From: a virus
Taxonomy: Duplodnaviria > Caudoviricetes
Length of the DNA stretch: 64,000 bases
Strand: one strand, 5' to 3'
IMG/VR virus record: IMGVR_UViG_3300018089_000001
Span: 1 to 64,000 of that record
Made by a program: the position numbers and the translations under genes. Within the stretch, counting starts at the first letter, position 1. Each line of letters starts with the position of its first letter. Below are positions 9,899 to 18,975 of the stretch, piece after piece. Under the pieces are notes generated by a model. The model made no database searches. It saw nothing but the letters and a program-made list of their open reading frames with translations, and was not told where the DNA came from.

Positions 9899-10423
9899 GT
9901 GAGGGCCCTCGCCCTCACGCTCCTCCTCACCTCATCAGCGGCGTCCGCGGACTTCAGGTCCGCGGGGATCAGGCGGGCGGCCCACATGCTGGGAGACGCC
10001 CGGTCCGACGACACGGACGCGGCGGTCGACGCCGCGCTCGAGTTGGAGGAGCTCGCGCCCGACGGCATGGACGCACCGCTCATCCTGGCCATCGCATGGG
10101 CCGAGTCCCGGTTTGACAACCGGGCCCGTCCCATGTGTGGGGTCATGCAGGTGGGACCCCGGGACATGGGTGAGCCGAGGTCGAGGTGCGCCGAGTGGCG
10201 CGCCAGCGCCTGGGACGGGATCATGGCGGGCATCCGAGAGGTCCGGCTGATCATGACGATCAGACGCGTGGGGGGTGACCTCCACCGGGCCCTGGAGTAC
10301 CGGGCCTGCGGCCGGAAGGCGTTCACGCGACGGTGCCGCAAGCGCCGCTGGCTCCGAAGGGTGGAGGCGATCGCGGCCAGGCTGCGGGAGCCGCCGTACC
10401 GGATCGAGGGGAGGGGACCGTGA
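9899..10423 (+). CDS. SLT-type lytic transglycosylase with signal peptide
   Basis: ILAIAWAESRFDNRA...GVMQV; hydrophobic N-terminus. Confidence 0.75.
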   Translation: MRALALTLLLTSSAASADFRSAGIRRAAHMLGDARSDDTDAAVDAALELEELAPDGMDAPLILAIAWAESRFDNRARPMCGVMQVGPRDMGEPRSRCAEWRASAWDGIMAGIREVRLIMTIRRVGGDLHRALEYRACGRKAFTRRCRKRRWLRRVEAIAARLREPPYRIEGRGP

Positions 10424-10749
10424 AGCTCTACATGGTGATGATCGACGAGGACGAGGAGTGCACCCTCTGGCAGGAGGAAGAATCGGATCACGAATGCCCG
10501 ACGGCGATCGAGCGGGCGCACTACCTTGTCTTCGCGGCCAACGCGGACGCGGCGGCGCGGGCCGTCTACGACATGCCGGAGCGCGCGGACTGCAAGCCGC
10601 GGACCAAGCGCTTCGTCGTGATGAGGACGAAGGACGACGCCGTTATCCGGATGATCTCGGAGGGCGGGTCGTCAGGCAGGGATGAGGACGACCTCTGGAC
10701 GTTCATGGACCTGTTCGTGGACAGAGGCGAGGAGATCACGCTAGTCTAA
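10420..10749 (+). CDS. hypothetical protein
   Basis: GTGA-coupled start; ends before terminator. Confidence 0.55.
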   Translation: MKLYMVMIDEDEECTLWQEEESDHECPTAIERAHYLVFAANADAAARAVYDMPERADCKPRTKRFVVMRTKDDAVIRMISEGGSSGRDEDDLWTFMDLFVDRGEEITLV

Positions 10750-10756
10750 CGGACTC

Positions 10757-10787
10757 GGGGGAGGGCCTTACGGCCCTCCCCCTTTTT
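10757..10787 (+). terminator. intrinsic terminator
   Basis: GGGGGAGGGCC-ttac-GGCCCTCCCCC-TTTTT. Confidence 0.9.
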
Positions 10788-10863
10788 GCGTCCGCGCATT
10801 TCGAACAGTGTCCGGAGATGGGCCTAGACCGCCTTCGACAGTTCCGGACGGAAGGAACGGAAC

Positions 10864-11100
10864 ATGGAATGGTATCTCAGCGCGCTCCCCTTTCTAGCGA
10901 TCCTCCTGTTCGGAGGGATCGCGCTCGTCACCGCCGAGCGCGAGGGAAAGCTACGCCGGCAGAGACTCCTCACAGAGGAGAGCCGACGGGCGCAGATGAA
11001 GCTGCTCGCTCAGGAAATCGTCAAGGACGAGGAGGCCCGCCGCCTGGCCTCACTCGCGAGGCTCGGTCGACTCGGGCTGTCTGACCGCCCGGAGGAGTAG
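10864..11100 (+). CDS. small membrane-anchored protein
   Basis: N-terminal TM helix plus charged coil. Confidence 0.55.
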   Translation: MEWYLSALPFLAILLFGGIALVTAEREGKLRRQRLLTEESRRAQMKLLAQEIVKDEEARRLASLARLGRLGLSDRPEE

Positions 11101-11304
11101 CGCCCGGGCCCAGTCCTGGACCCGGAGCGGGCCACCCTCGGCATCGGCCGCGGCGTGCATCAGCAGCCTCATCTCCTCCGCGTTGAGGGCGATGACGAGC
11201 TTCTCCCGCCGGCGCTGGCCCTCGGGGAGCCGGGGGCGGCCCCTCCCGCGATATTCGAGCTCCTCGGGAAGGGTCGGGTCGGTGGGGTCCGTCGGGTCGC
11301 TCAC
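11050..11304 (-). CDS. ribbon-helix-helix-like DNA-binding protein
   Basis: GRGRPR...KLVIALNAEEMRLL..AA...VQDWARALLL; GTGA-coupled. Confidence 0.6.
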   Translation of the reverse strand: MSDPTDPTDPTLPEELEYRGRGRPRLPEGQRRREKLVIALNAEEMRLLMHAAADAEGGPLRVQDWARALLLRAVRQPESTEPRE

Positions 11305-11465
11305 TCGCGTCCCTCCCGGTACCGCTGGACGGACACGAACAGGAGGAGCGCCTGCACCGCGCAGCCGGCTCCCATAAGGGAGTCGACGACCGGACTGTGC
11401 GGCGGAATGGCGGCCAGGAAAAGTATGAGGACGAGGTACAGAGCCTCGAAGACGATCAAACGCAT
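11301..11465 (-). CDS. 54-aa membrane protein (absent from ORF track)
   Basis: translated by hand: MRLIVFEALYLVLILFLAAIPP...REGRE; AGGAGG SD and GTGATATAAT upstream. Confidence 0.6.
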   Translation of the reverse strand: MRLIVFEALYLVLILFLAAIPPHSPVVDSLMGAGCAVQALLLFVSVQRYREGRE

Positions 11466-11511
11466 TGCGGGAGCCTCCTGTTGTTGCCATTATATCACGC
11501 TAGGTACGGGC

Positions 11512-12393
11512 ATGGGTCTCATCGACATCATCAGGGGCCTCATGGCCGCGGCCGCCTCGGCGGCGGTGACGGGGTCCGCGGCCGCGCCCGTCCTCCCGAA
11601 CAGGTTCGGGACCTTCATCGCGCCCGACGTCTATCCCCAGGACCTCGGACCGAACCCGCCGTTCAAGGCCCTCCCGGGCCTCACGGTGATGGACAAGGAG
11701 GTCGTCGGCTGCTACGTCAAGGCCTCCGAGGGCCTCGGATGGGGGGCGGCCAACGAGGAGTGGTTCCGGCGGTCCTGGCGGGAACTCCGTGGGGTCGGCG
11801 GGGCCCGCTACAGCGTCGACTGGTTCCGCGGCTGCTACCACTTCCTCCGCTTCCAGCAGGACGGGACGGCCCAGGCGGACTACTTCATGGACCTCGTGGA
11901 GTCGGCCGGGGGCTGGGACGCCGGGGACCTCGTCCCCTGGGTCGACGTGGAGGAGGGCGGCCAGGGGACCTGGGCCGGCGGAGAGAAGCTGGAGGCGATC
12001 TCCAACGACTTCAAGCGCAGGCGGCTGGCGAAGGAGGTCACCGACTGCGTCTCCGCCTTCGTGGCCCGCGTGAAGCAGCGGAAGCCGGGCATACGGGTCG
12101 GCGTCTACGGCCGGGGCCTCTTCCGGGACCTCGGGATGGCGGACTGCCGCTTCGGCGCGGACGTCGCCTGCAACCCGGCGTACACGGAGCACATGCCGCC
12201 CATGGACGCGTACGGCTGGCCCCTCAGCGACGTGGTCGAGTGGCAGCTCTGCGGGGACGGCGAGGTGCACGCCAAGGGGTACCCGTCCAAGCTGCCCGGC
12301 TGGGGCGCCACCGACTACTCCGTCTTCCTCAACGGTGCCCAGCGGTGCGGCACGGCGGACATCAGGCGTCGGAGCCTGGCGTTCCCCCGCTGA
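11512..12393 (+). CDS. GH25 muramidase (endolysin-like)
   Basis: PDVY, YVKASEG, GCYHF, QADYF, PWVDVEE (DxE), EWQL. Confidence 0.85.
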   Translation: MGLIDIIRGLMAAAASAAVTGSAAAPVLPNRFGTFIAPDVYPQDLGPNPPFKALPGLTVMDKEVVGCYVKASEGLGWGAANEEWFRRSWRELRGVGGARYSVDWFRGCYHFLRFQQDGTAQADYFMDLVESAGGWDAGDLVPWVDVEEGGQGTWAGGEKLEAISNDFKRRRLAKEVTDCVSAFVARVKQRKPGIRVGVYGRGLFRDLGMADCRFGADVACNPAYTEHMPPMDAYGWPLSDVVEWQLCGDGEVHAKGYPSKLPGWGATDYSVFLNGAQRCGTADIRRRSLAFPR

Positions 12394-13054
12394 GAGGAGG
12401 GCCATCCTCAGGGTCCCGGTTTCTCCACAGGTCCTCCATGTCCCTGAGGGACAGGTACAGGTCCCTCATTTGCGTGGGAGTGAGGACGAACTCCCCCGGG
12501 AGCTGACTCGGACCACGGGGCATCTGCCGGAAGGCCTCGTGGAACGAGGGCCGGACGAACTGGCCCAGGTACTCCGCGAGCCGGTCCACGTGGATGAACC
12601 TAGAGGGCCGGAGCGGCCGCTCCAGCTTCACAGTCCCGCCCGTGCGGACCAGCGACGGGATGAGCATCTCGCTGGTCGGGTCCTGCCCGGGACCGAAGAC
12701 GGCCGGCGGCCTGACCGAGACGCCGCCCACGGAGGAGATCAGCTCCTCCGCCTTGGCCTTGTGCAGGTACGTCCGTCGGGAGCTCAGGTACACCGTCCGC
12801 TTGGCCCGTCGCGGGTTGGCCGCGTAGGCCCACACCTGCTCCAGCTCCTCAGCGGCCTCCTGGGGGGACGGCCGGGCCCGCCCCAGCACGAGGTAGAGGC
12901 AGTCGAGGCCGGACAGGTCCTCCTCCCCCAGCAGGCCCTTCGTGAAGATCGCCGGTTGGACCCCCCTCCGCGCGAGTTCCGCGATGAGGGCCCGGGAGAT
13001 GAAGGACCGGTGGCCACACAGGCCAACCTGGGGATTGCATTCAACTTCGCTCAT
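12362..13054 (-). CDS. divergent NAD-dependent epimerase/reductase (SDR-like)
   Basis: VGLCGHRSFIS, VYLSS, KAEE, VRPPAVFGPGQ, FIHVD; NAD and YxxxK motifs degenerate. Confidence 0.6.
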   Translation of the reverse strand: MSEVECNPQVGLCGHRSFISRALIAELARRGVQPAIFTKGLLGEEDLSGLDCLYLVLGRARPSPQEAAEELEQVWAYAANPRRAKRTVYLSSRRTYLHKAKAEELISSVGGVSVRPPAVFGPGQDPTSEMLIPSLVRTGGTVKLERPLRPSRFIHVDRLAEYLGQFVRPSFHEAFRQMPRGPSQLPGEFVLTPTQMRDLYLSLRDMEDLWRNRDPEDGPPLSGGTPGSDA

Positions 13055-13155
13055 TTGCTGCCTCTAAGATAATCGATTGCATTGAGCATCGCGGGAATGG
13101 ACCCATCCTTCTTGGCCCAAGTTGGAATGGTCCTACCACAAAGCCTGCAATTCAC
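13051..13155 (-). pseudogene. internally deleted endonuclease VII-type homing endonuclease remnant
   Basis: low-GC mini-ORF VNCRLCGRTIPTWAKKDGSIPAMLNAIDYLRGSK; tail resembles DSTEILTRAIEYLKR of 60626..61213. Confidence 0.5.
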
Positions 13156-13173
13156 TTCACAGTGCTCCACATT

Positions 13174-14208
13174 TCACCCTGGAGTGTTTTCACCGGTAAG
13201 GCCAAGGCCAATACCAACCCCAGGTTGATCACCCTGGAGAGGCCCCTGGACCTCCGGGCCACCGAGGTGCTCCCCGAGGATGCGCCGCAGGCCATCCGCG
13301 AGGCCCACGCGGGGCTCCCAGCCGAGCACCCGCCTGGCGAGGGTGCAGTCCAACGCCTGCATCCAGATCTCACCCCTCCGGGTCCCGAGGAAGGCCGGTG
13401 CCCCGGGGGTCAACCCGAACTCCCGGGCCACCGTCCGAGCGAGGTCCACGAGGTCACGCACCGAGAGGTGGACGCCGCCGGCGAAGTTGAAGGCCTGGTA
13501 CTGCGGTCCGTAGGGAATGACCTGGGGGAGGCCCGCCAGGTATCGCTCCACCGCCAGGTAGCCGTCGACGGCGTCGTCGATGTACAGGTAGTCCCGGACC
13601 GGGGACCCGTCGGAGTCCATCCTGACGGGCTCCCCCCGGACGAGCTGGCTGACGAGGGTCGGCACCACCCGTGTGACGTGGGTGTCACCCGGCCCATACG
13701 TGTTGCCGCAGCGGACGACGGCGATCCGCAGGCCGAACTCGGTCGCGTAGCTGCGAGCCAGGAGGTCCGCGCATGACTTCGAGACGTCGTAGGGACCCCG
13801 ACCGTCCATCGAATACGATTCACGGTACGCCGCCTTGTAATCCGGTAGCTCACCGTACGCCTTATCCGAGGACGCGACGACGAGGCGGGTGTCGAAGGAG
13901 CCGTGCCGGCGGAACGCCTCGAGCAGGTTGTACGTGCCGCGGACGTTGTCCTCGAACGTGGCCCATGGGTATGAGACGGCGTACGGGACGATCGCCTGGG
14001 CGGCGAGGTGGAACACCGCGTCGAGCCTGGAGCGGGCCAGCGCCCGCTCCACGGAATACAGGTCGCAGAGGTCACCGCGGATGACCGTGCACCCGCTCGG
14101 CGGTTGGCCGTTCCTGACGAACGCGGTGACCTCGTGTCCGTCGCGCAGCAGCCTGGCTGCCAGGGCCCCTCCCACGAAGCCGGCCGCACCCGTGACTAGG
14201 ACCCGCAT
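13174..14208 (-). CDS. rfbG: CDP-glucose 4,6-dehydratase family SDR
   Basis: TGAAGFVG, HLAAQAIV, SSDKAYG, PYDVSKSC, RCGNTYGPGD. Confidence 0.8.
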   Translation of the reverse strand: MRVLVTGAAGFVGGALAARLLRDGHEVTAFVRNGQPPSGCTVIRGDLCDLYSVERALARSRLDAVFHLAAQAIVPYAVSYPWATFEDNVRGTYNLLEAFRRHGSFDTRLVVASSDKAYGELPDYKAAYRESYSMDGRGPYDVSKSCADLLARSYATEFGLRIAVVRCGNTYGPGDTHVTRVVPTLVSQLVRGEPVRMDSDGSPVRDYLYIDDAVDGYLAVERYLAGLPQVIPYGPQYQAFNFAGGVHLSVRDLVDLARTVAREFGLTPGAPAFLGTRRGEIWMQALDCTLARRVLGWEPRVGLADGLRRILGEHLGGPEVQGPLQGDQPGVGIGLGLTGENTPG

Positions 14209-14410
14209 CAGGCCCCCTTCGGGAACATCTGACAGACGCAGATGAGCGCCGTGATCGCTAGGCTGAGCATCAGTCCGGCGTACCCCACCGCCTGCATCTC
14301 ATCCCTGTTGTCCCCCATGGTGCAGTCGTCCCAGACGACCAGCCGGTAGACGAACCTGATCAGGTTCAACACGGAGAGCAGGGCGAGGGACGCGATCGCG
14401 ACGGCGAGGC

Positions 14411-15058
14411 TCACGGAACGAACTCGCCGTCATGCTCGATGATGTTTCTCATGATGTCGGTCATCAGCTTCCGGCTCGCCTCCTCGCGCTCGGCGCCGGT
14501 GCGCGTGAACCACGTGTTCGGGTCCAGGCGCTGCTTCCCGAAGCTGACCGCGCGATCGACAAGCGCGTTGGACGTGAGGCGGTGGGCGAACCGCGAGCTG
14601 ACCTCGAAGGCCGCCTCAATCAGCCCGAGCTGCTCCTCGGTGAACCAGCTCATCAGGTACCCGCGCATGGTCGACTGGGTCTCGCTGCAGGAGACGCCGA
14701 AGTGCCTGAGGTCGCCGACGAGGATGTTGTTTGCCCGTTTGACGGCGCAGACGAAGGCGGCCCCCAGCGCACACACCTGACAGCCGCGCTGCTGCTCCAG
14801 GACCACATGGGCCTGCCTATCCGCCTTCGTCGAATCGGTCCAGTCATGGAAGTCGGTGGGGTGGAAGTAGAGCCCCTTCCGGGCCTTGATGGCCCCCTCC
14901 TCCAGCTGGGCGATGACGTCCCGGGCGATCCGGACCCGCTGCCCAGCGGGGGAGAGCTTCCGGAAGCGATAGTTGCGGTCGCGGGCGCGCTTGGCCATCC
15001 GCCTTGCGGCTTCGGTGTTGGTCTGGGTGTTGGTCTGGGTATTGGTCTGGGTGTCCAT
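14411..15058 (-). CDS. hypothetical protein with N-terminal TQTN repeats
   Basis: start 7 nt after GCGATAGGAT motif; CQVCALG. Confidence 0.6.
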   Translation of the reverse strand: MDTQTNTQTNTQTNTEAARRMAKRARDRNYRFRKLSPAGQRVRIARDVIAQLEEGAIKARKGLYFHPTDFHDWTDSTKADRQAHVVLEQQRGCQVCALGAAFVCAVKRANNILVGDLRHFGVSCSETQSTMRGYLMSWFTEEQLGLIEAAFEVSSRFAHRLTSNALVDRAVSFGKQRLDPNTWFTRTGAEREEASRKLMTDIMRNIIEHDGEFVP

Positions 15059-15068
15059 CTGCCTCATC

Positions 15069-15884
15069 CTATCGCTTGTTATGGTCGTCGCGCAGCCAGG
15101 GGAGTCGCCCGCCGGCGGCGGCGACGTCGGCCTCGATCTGCTCCAGGTCCCGACGGGTGTCCATGCACCGCCAGTACCCGGTGTACCTGTACGCGTGGAG
15201 TCCGCCCGAGGCAGCGAGCTCCCGGAGGGCCGTGGACTCAAGCTCGAACTCACCCTCGATGTACTGCTCGATGAACTCGGGCTCCACGACCATGAAGCCG
15301 CCGTTGATCCAGCCGCCGCTCGGCTTCTCATCGAAGCTCGCCACGGCCCCGGATGACCCGGAGTGCGGGGCGAACCTGATCAGACCGAATCGGCTGGGGG
15401 GATGCACTGCGGTCATGGTGACCGCGGCGCCGGTGAGTTCGTGCTGCCTCAGCACGGCATGCATGCCCACGTCAGACAGGCCGTCCCCATACGTCAGGAC
15501 AAACCTACGACCCGCGATGTGCTCCCGCACCCTCCACAGTCTCAGGCCGGTGTGGGCGTCCTGGCCCGTGTCGACGACCGTGACGCGTAGCATCCCACCC
15601 GCGAGGGTGTAGACCCAATGCCATGGCTGCGGATCATCAATGCGGGGACAGGAGACCGCGTCGTCCCCCGCCTCCTCGAAGTGCCGCCGAATGGCATTCC
15701 CGAGGTAACCCGCGGCGACAATGAACTCCCGAAAGCCCTGTAGGGCCAGGGAGTCGATGATGTGCTGCAGCATCGGCTTGCCCGCCACCTTGATCAGCGG
15801 CTTGGGTAGGACCTGGCTCTCGTGGTCGAAGCGAGCGCCGCGTCCACCCGCGAGGATGACGACGGGGACGCCCGCGACGGTCAC
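15069..15884 (-). CDS. rfbF: glucose-1-phosphate cytidylyltransferase family
   Basis: VILAGGRGARF..ES...PKPL, VDTG..AHTGLRL, LTYGDGLSD, WINGGF, GYWRCMDTRRD. Confidence 0.85.
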   Translation of the reverse strand: MTVAGVPVVILAGGRGARFDHESQVLPKPLIKVAGKPMLQHIIDSLALQGFREFIVAAGYLGNAIRRHFEEAGDDAVSCPRIDDPQPWHWVYTLAGGMLRVTVVDTGQDAHTGLRLWRVREHIAGRRFVLTYGDGLSDVGMHAVLRQHELTGAAVTMTAVHPPSRFGLIRFAPHSGSSGAVASFDEKPSGGWINGGFMVVEPEFIEQYIEGEFELESTALRELAASGGLHAYRYTGYWRCMDTRRDLEQIEADVAAAGGRLPWLRDDHNKR

Positions 15885-16186
15885 GCCTCCTCCGAGTGCC
15901 AGGTGAGTCCGCACCCGCCGCATTCGCAGTACGACTGGAACAGCTCAGGCGGCAGGACCACGGTCCACTTGCCCGACTTGATCGACTCCCCGTCGGGAGT
16001 CCCAATGGACACGTGTTTCGTGTCCTGCGATCCGCACCCCGGGCACTTTGCCCCGAGCGGGGTCTCCCGAAGGAAGTGTCCCATCGCCTCCTCGAGGGCG
16101 GCCGCCACCTCGGGCGACGGCTCGGGGAGTTCCTCGTCGTCGTCGAACGGATCGAACCCGCTACCCCCGTCGTCCTGCGCGGACAT
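15881..16186 (-). CDS. small Zn-ribbon protein
   Basis: CPGCG...CECGGCG. Confidence 0.5.
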   Translation of the reverse strand: MSAQDDGGSGFDPFDDDEELPEPSPEVAAALEEAMGHFLRETPLGAKCPGCGSQDTKHVSIGTPDGESIKSGKWTVVLPPELFQSYCECGGCGLTWHSEEA

Positions 16187-16627
16187 CAGGGGTCCCTCCT
16201 TCGTCTCGGACGCTCGTCCTCCTCGCGGTCCCGGTACTCCCGGGCGTCGGGGGGAAGCGTGCGCCTCCTGGCCTGGAACGCCAGCTCCTCGTCGTAGAAC
16301 CGCTGCAGGCCGGTTAGGCCGTGGCGATGGCACCAGTCGCGACTCTCCACGAGTTCCGCGTATTGCTTCTGGGTCAGCTTCACCCGCTTCATTCGAGCAC
16401 CTCGTCGACCCTTGGATGGAGGGGTGGGCCGCTGACCCGCTCAATGACCATGCCGTAGCCGGTCAGTCTGATGCGATAGACGCTGCCGCCGGGTCCGGCC
16501 TTCTTGACCGCCACCGACTCATGGATGTACAGCTTCGGGCCGCCTGACCCGTTGCTGCCGCCGTTGCCGACGAAGCCCGAGGCCTTCACCGCCAGGAAGA
16601 GGCCCTCCTCGGGGCGGACGAGCCGAC

Positions 16628-17914
16628 TCACGGCAGGTACACCACCGCGGTGCCCGGGACGAGCCTGCGGTTCACCGAGGTCGACTGGACGAAGACCCTG
16701 AACTCGCCCAGCTCACCGGGCCTGATGCGGACGGTCCCGCTGAAGTTCGGGATGCCGAGCAGCTTGGACGCGGCGTCGCGCCCGGCGTAGAACGCCCCGG
16801 TGGCCGTGTCCTGGATGACGACCGCCTTGTAGTCCTGCACCTTCTCGGACTCGGTCAGCTGGTAGTACAGCTTTCCCTTGTGGAAGCCCCCCAGCTTGGC
16901 CTCGGCGAACTTCTGGATGACCAGGGGGTCGCCGGGCATGACGCGCTCGACCTTGAACGCCGCGGGGTCGAGCTTCGTCAGCTGGCTGCCGAGCCTACCC
17001 GCGAAGTCCTGCGGGTTCGAGACGACCGGCTGGGCGTAGAACGAGGTCGAGCTCATGACGCCCGCGGAGCGCGTGGCCGCGTAGCTCTGGATCGAGCTGT
17101 TCGTGCGCATGCCCAGGTCCTGGGTGCCGCGGACGCTCTGCTCCCACGCCGTGATGTTCCCCTCCGGGATGCCGATCGACTTCGCGTAGTTCCGCGAGAA
17201 GTCGTTGTCGGGACCGGCGAAGACGAACGTGTAGCGTCCGGTGGCCATCAGCGCGGCCAGCTCCGTCCGAACGCGCTCGGTCGAGGTGGACGAGGCGTTC
17301 TCCCCGCCGTCCGTCACGACGGAGACCAGGAAGGCCTGCCCGAGGTCCCCGTTCTTCGTGGAGCCGACCGCCTCCATGATGGCGTCGTTCATGGCGGTCA
17401 TGCCGCCGGCGCCGAGGTAGAGGTGGTCCGTGTTGGCGGCGAGGGCGAGGCTGGACACGCTGGCCTTCTCGAGGGTCTTGTTGACCTTGTCATCGAAGCA
17501 GATCACGGTGATCCGGTACTCGTCCGAGGGACCGGCCGCGGCCCGTAGGGTCGCCACCTGCTGGGCCAGGTTCCTCCGGGCCTGCGTCAGGAGGCCGGCC
17601 ATCGAGCCGGAGCGGTCGAGGACGAAGACGACGTCCGTCTTGTTGACCCGGGCGATCTGCAGGATCGGGGCGGGGACCGGCGTCGGCGTGGCGATCGAGC
17701 CGGGAGTGATCGGGTTCGAGGCGAACGGCTGGATGCCCTTGGCGGCCAGCTCGGCGTGTTGGAACGTCCACTTGCCGTCGATGAGCTTGCCCGGGATCTG
17801 CCCCCGCTTGGCCCGCTTGCGGACGGTCTCCTCGTGGAGGCCCATGATGTTGGCGAGGGTACGGCAGCCGGCATAGCTGTCGGCGAACTTCACGTTGACT
17901 GGTTGGTCGGTCAT
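16628..17914 (-). CDS. HTH-vWA fusion protein
   Basis: N-terminal excisionase-like HTH (LHEETVRKRAKRGQIPG..IDGKW); MIDAS DRSGS, GMTAMNDA, VTDGGEN; C-terminal VFVQSTSVNRRL. Confidence 0.85.
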   Translation of the reverse strand: MTDQPVNVKFADSYAGCRTLANIMGLHEETVRKRAKRGQIPGKLIDGKWTFQHAELAAKGIQPFASNPITPGSIATPTPVPAPILQIARVNKTDVVFVLDRSGSMAGLLTQARRNLAQQVATLRAAAGPSDEYRITVICFDDKVNKTLEKASVSSLALAANTDHLYLGAGGMTAMNDAIMEAVGSTKNGDLGQAFLVSVVTDGGENASSTSTERVRTELAALMATGRYTFVFAGPDNDFSRNYAKSIGIPEGNITAWEQSVRGTQDLGMRTNSSIQSYAATRSAGVMSSTSFYAQPVVSNPQDFAGRLGSQLTKLDPAAFKVERVMPGDPLVIQKFAEAKLGGFHKGKLYYQLTESEKVQDYKAVVIQDTATGAFYAGRDAASKLLGIPNFSGTVRIRPGELGEFRVFVQSTSVNRRLVPGTAVVYLP

Positions 17915-17930
17915 GCTTTCATCCATCCTA

Positions 17931-18575
17931 TCACTTCTGGCAGTCGCACCTGGCGACGGTCGTCGGTTCGAACGGCAGCGACGTGACGCCGGTCCCGCCG
18001 CACTTCGCGCACAGGACGGGGCTACCGTCGGGTGCGAACGAGAGCTTCGCGAGGGCCTCGCCCCGCGTGTTGATCATGGGTTCGATCTTCACGTGTTGCC
18101 CATGACCGTCACCCCGCTTCACCCACTTGCGAGCGACGTTGACCTCCATCTTGGCGTCGACGTCGCGCACCATGCTGCCGCCCAGGCGGGTGACCAGCCG
18201 GCAGAGGACGATCACCACGTCGGCGACCTCCGTGCGGGCGTGCTGGTCGTTGTCGTCGCGCGCCAGGCAACGCAGGAGCTCGGCCATCTCCTCGTTCGCG
18301 CGGATCGCGATGCCGAGGTTGCTCTTAGGCTCACCGAACGTGGCGTTCTGCCACTCGGTCACGGCGGCCTGGTCCCATTTGACGGAACGGCGATTGCGAC
18401 GGACTTTCTCGAGGGCCTTCAGGACCGCTACGGCGGCCTCGTCACCGATCGCCATCGCCCCCCGCTCCCTCCGCTTTCCCTCGATCACCGCGTCGCAGAT
18501 GATCTCGCGGATCTCGGCGTACAGCTCACTCTCGAACTCGGTCATCCTTGACTCAGCGCTCTCCAGTTCACTCAT
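17931..18575 (-). CDS. MazG-like all-alpha NTP pyrophosphohydrolase
   Basis: EWQNATFG...NEEMAELL...TEVADVVIVL...AKMEVN. Confidence 0.75.
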   Translation of the reverse strand: MSELESAESRMTEFESELYAEIREIICDAVIEGKRRERGAMAIGDEAAVAVLKALEKVRRNRRSVKWDQAAVTEWQNATFGEPKSNLGIAIRANEEMAELLRCLARDDNDQHARTEVADVVIVLCRLVTRLGGSMVRDVDAKMEVNVARKWVKRGDGHGQHVKIEPMINTRGEALAKLSFAPDGSPVLCAKCGGTGVTSLPFEPTTVARCDCQK

Positions 18576-18975
18576 CTTCCCTCGTCATCCTCCTCACGGC
18601 GTCCGCCAGCCAGTCGTCGGCCGGCGCGATGCCCTGGTCCTCGATGTCAGTCCGCACGCCGTCCGGATGCGGCGGTGCGGCGGCGGTGATTCGATATGTG
18701 GCGCCGCGACCGAGGGAACCGTTCGGACCCCTCTCCACGAGCTCCAGGATCGGACGTAGCCTCCGAGCGGCGGCCCGCGCCCGGGGTCGCCTCCCGTCGG
18801 GATAACACGGGACGTGGACGAGGACCTCCTCGATCGACATCACGCGCCCGACCAGGTCCGTCCGAGCGGACAGCGTCCTCGCCACCGAGTCCCACCACGG
18901 GGACTCGACCGAACTGACCGCCGGCCTCCCCGTCAGGGAGGCCGGCGGGGACCCCCTAAGCCTGCCGGCCACCGG

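Noticed and set aside
15014-15053. 12-bp tandem repeat (TQTN x3)
   Set aside because: Short in-frame slippage repeat in an N-terminal tail; no spacers or sign of phase variation.
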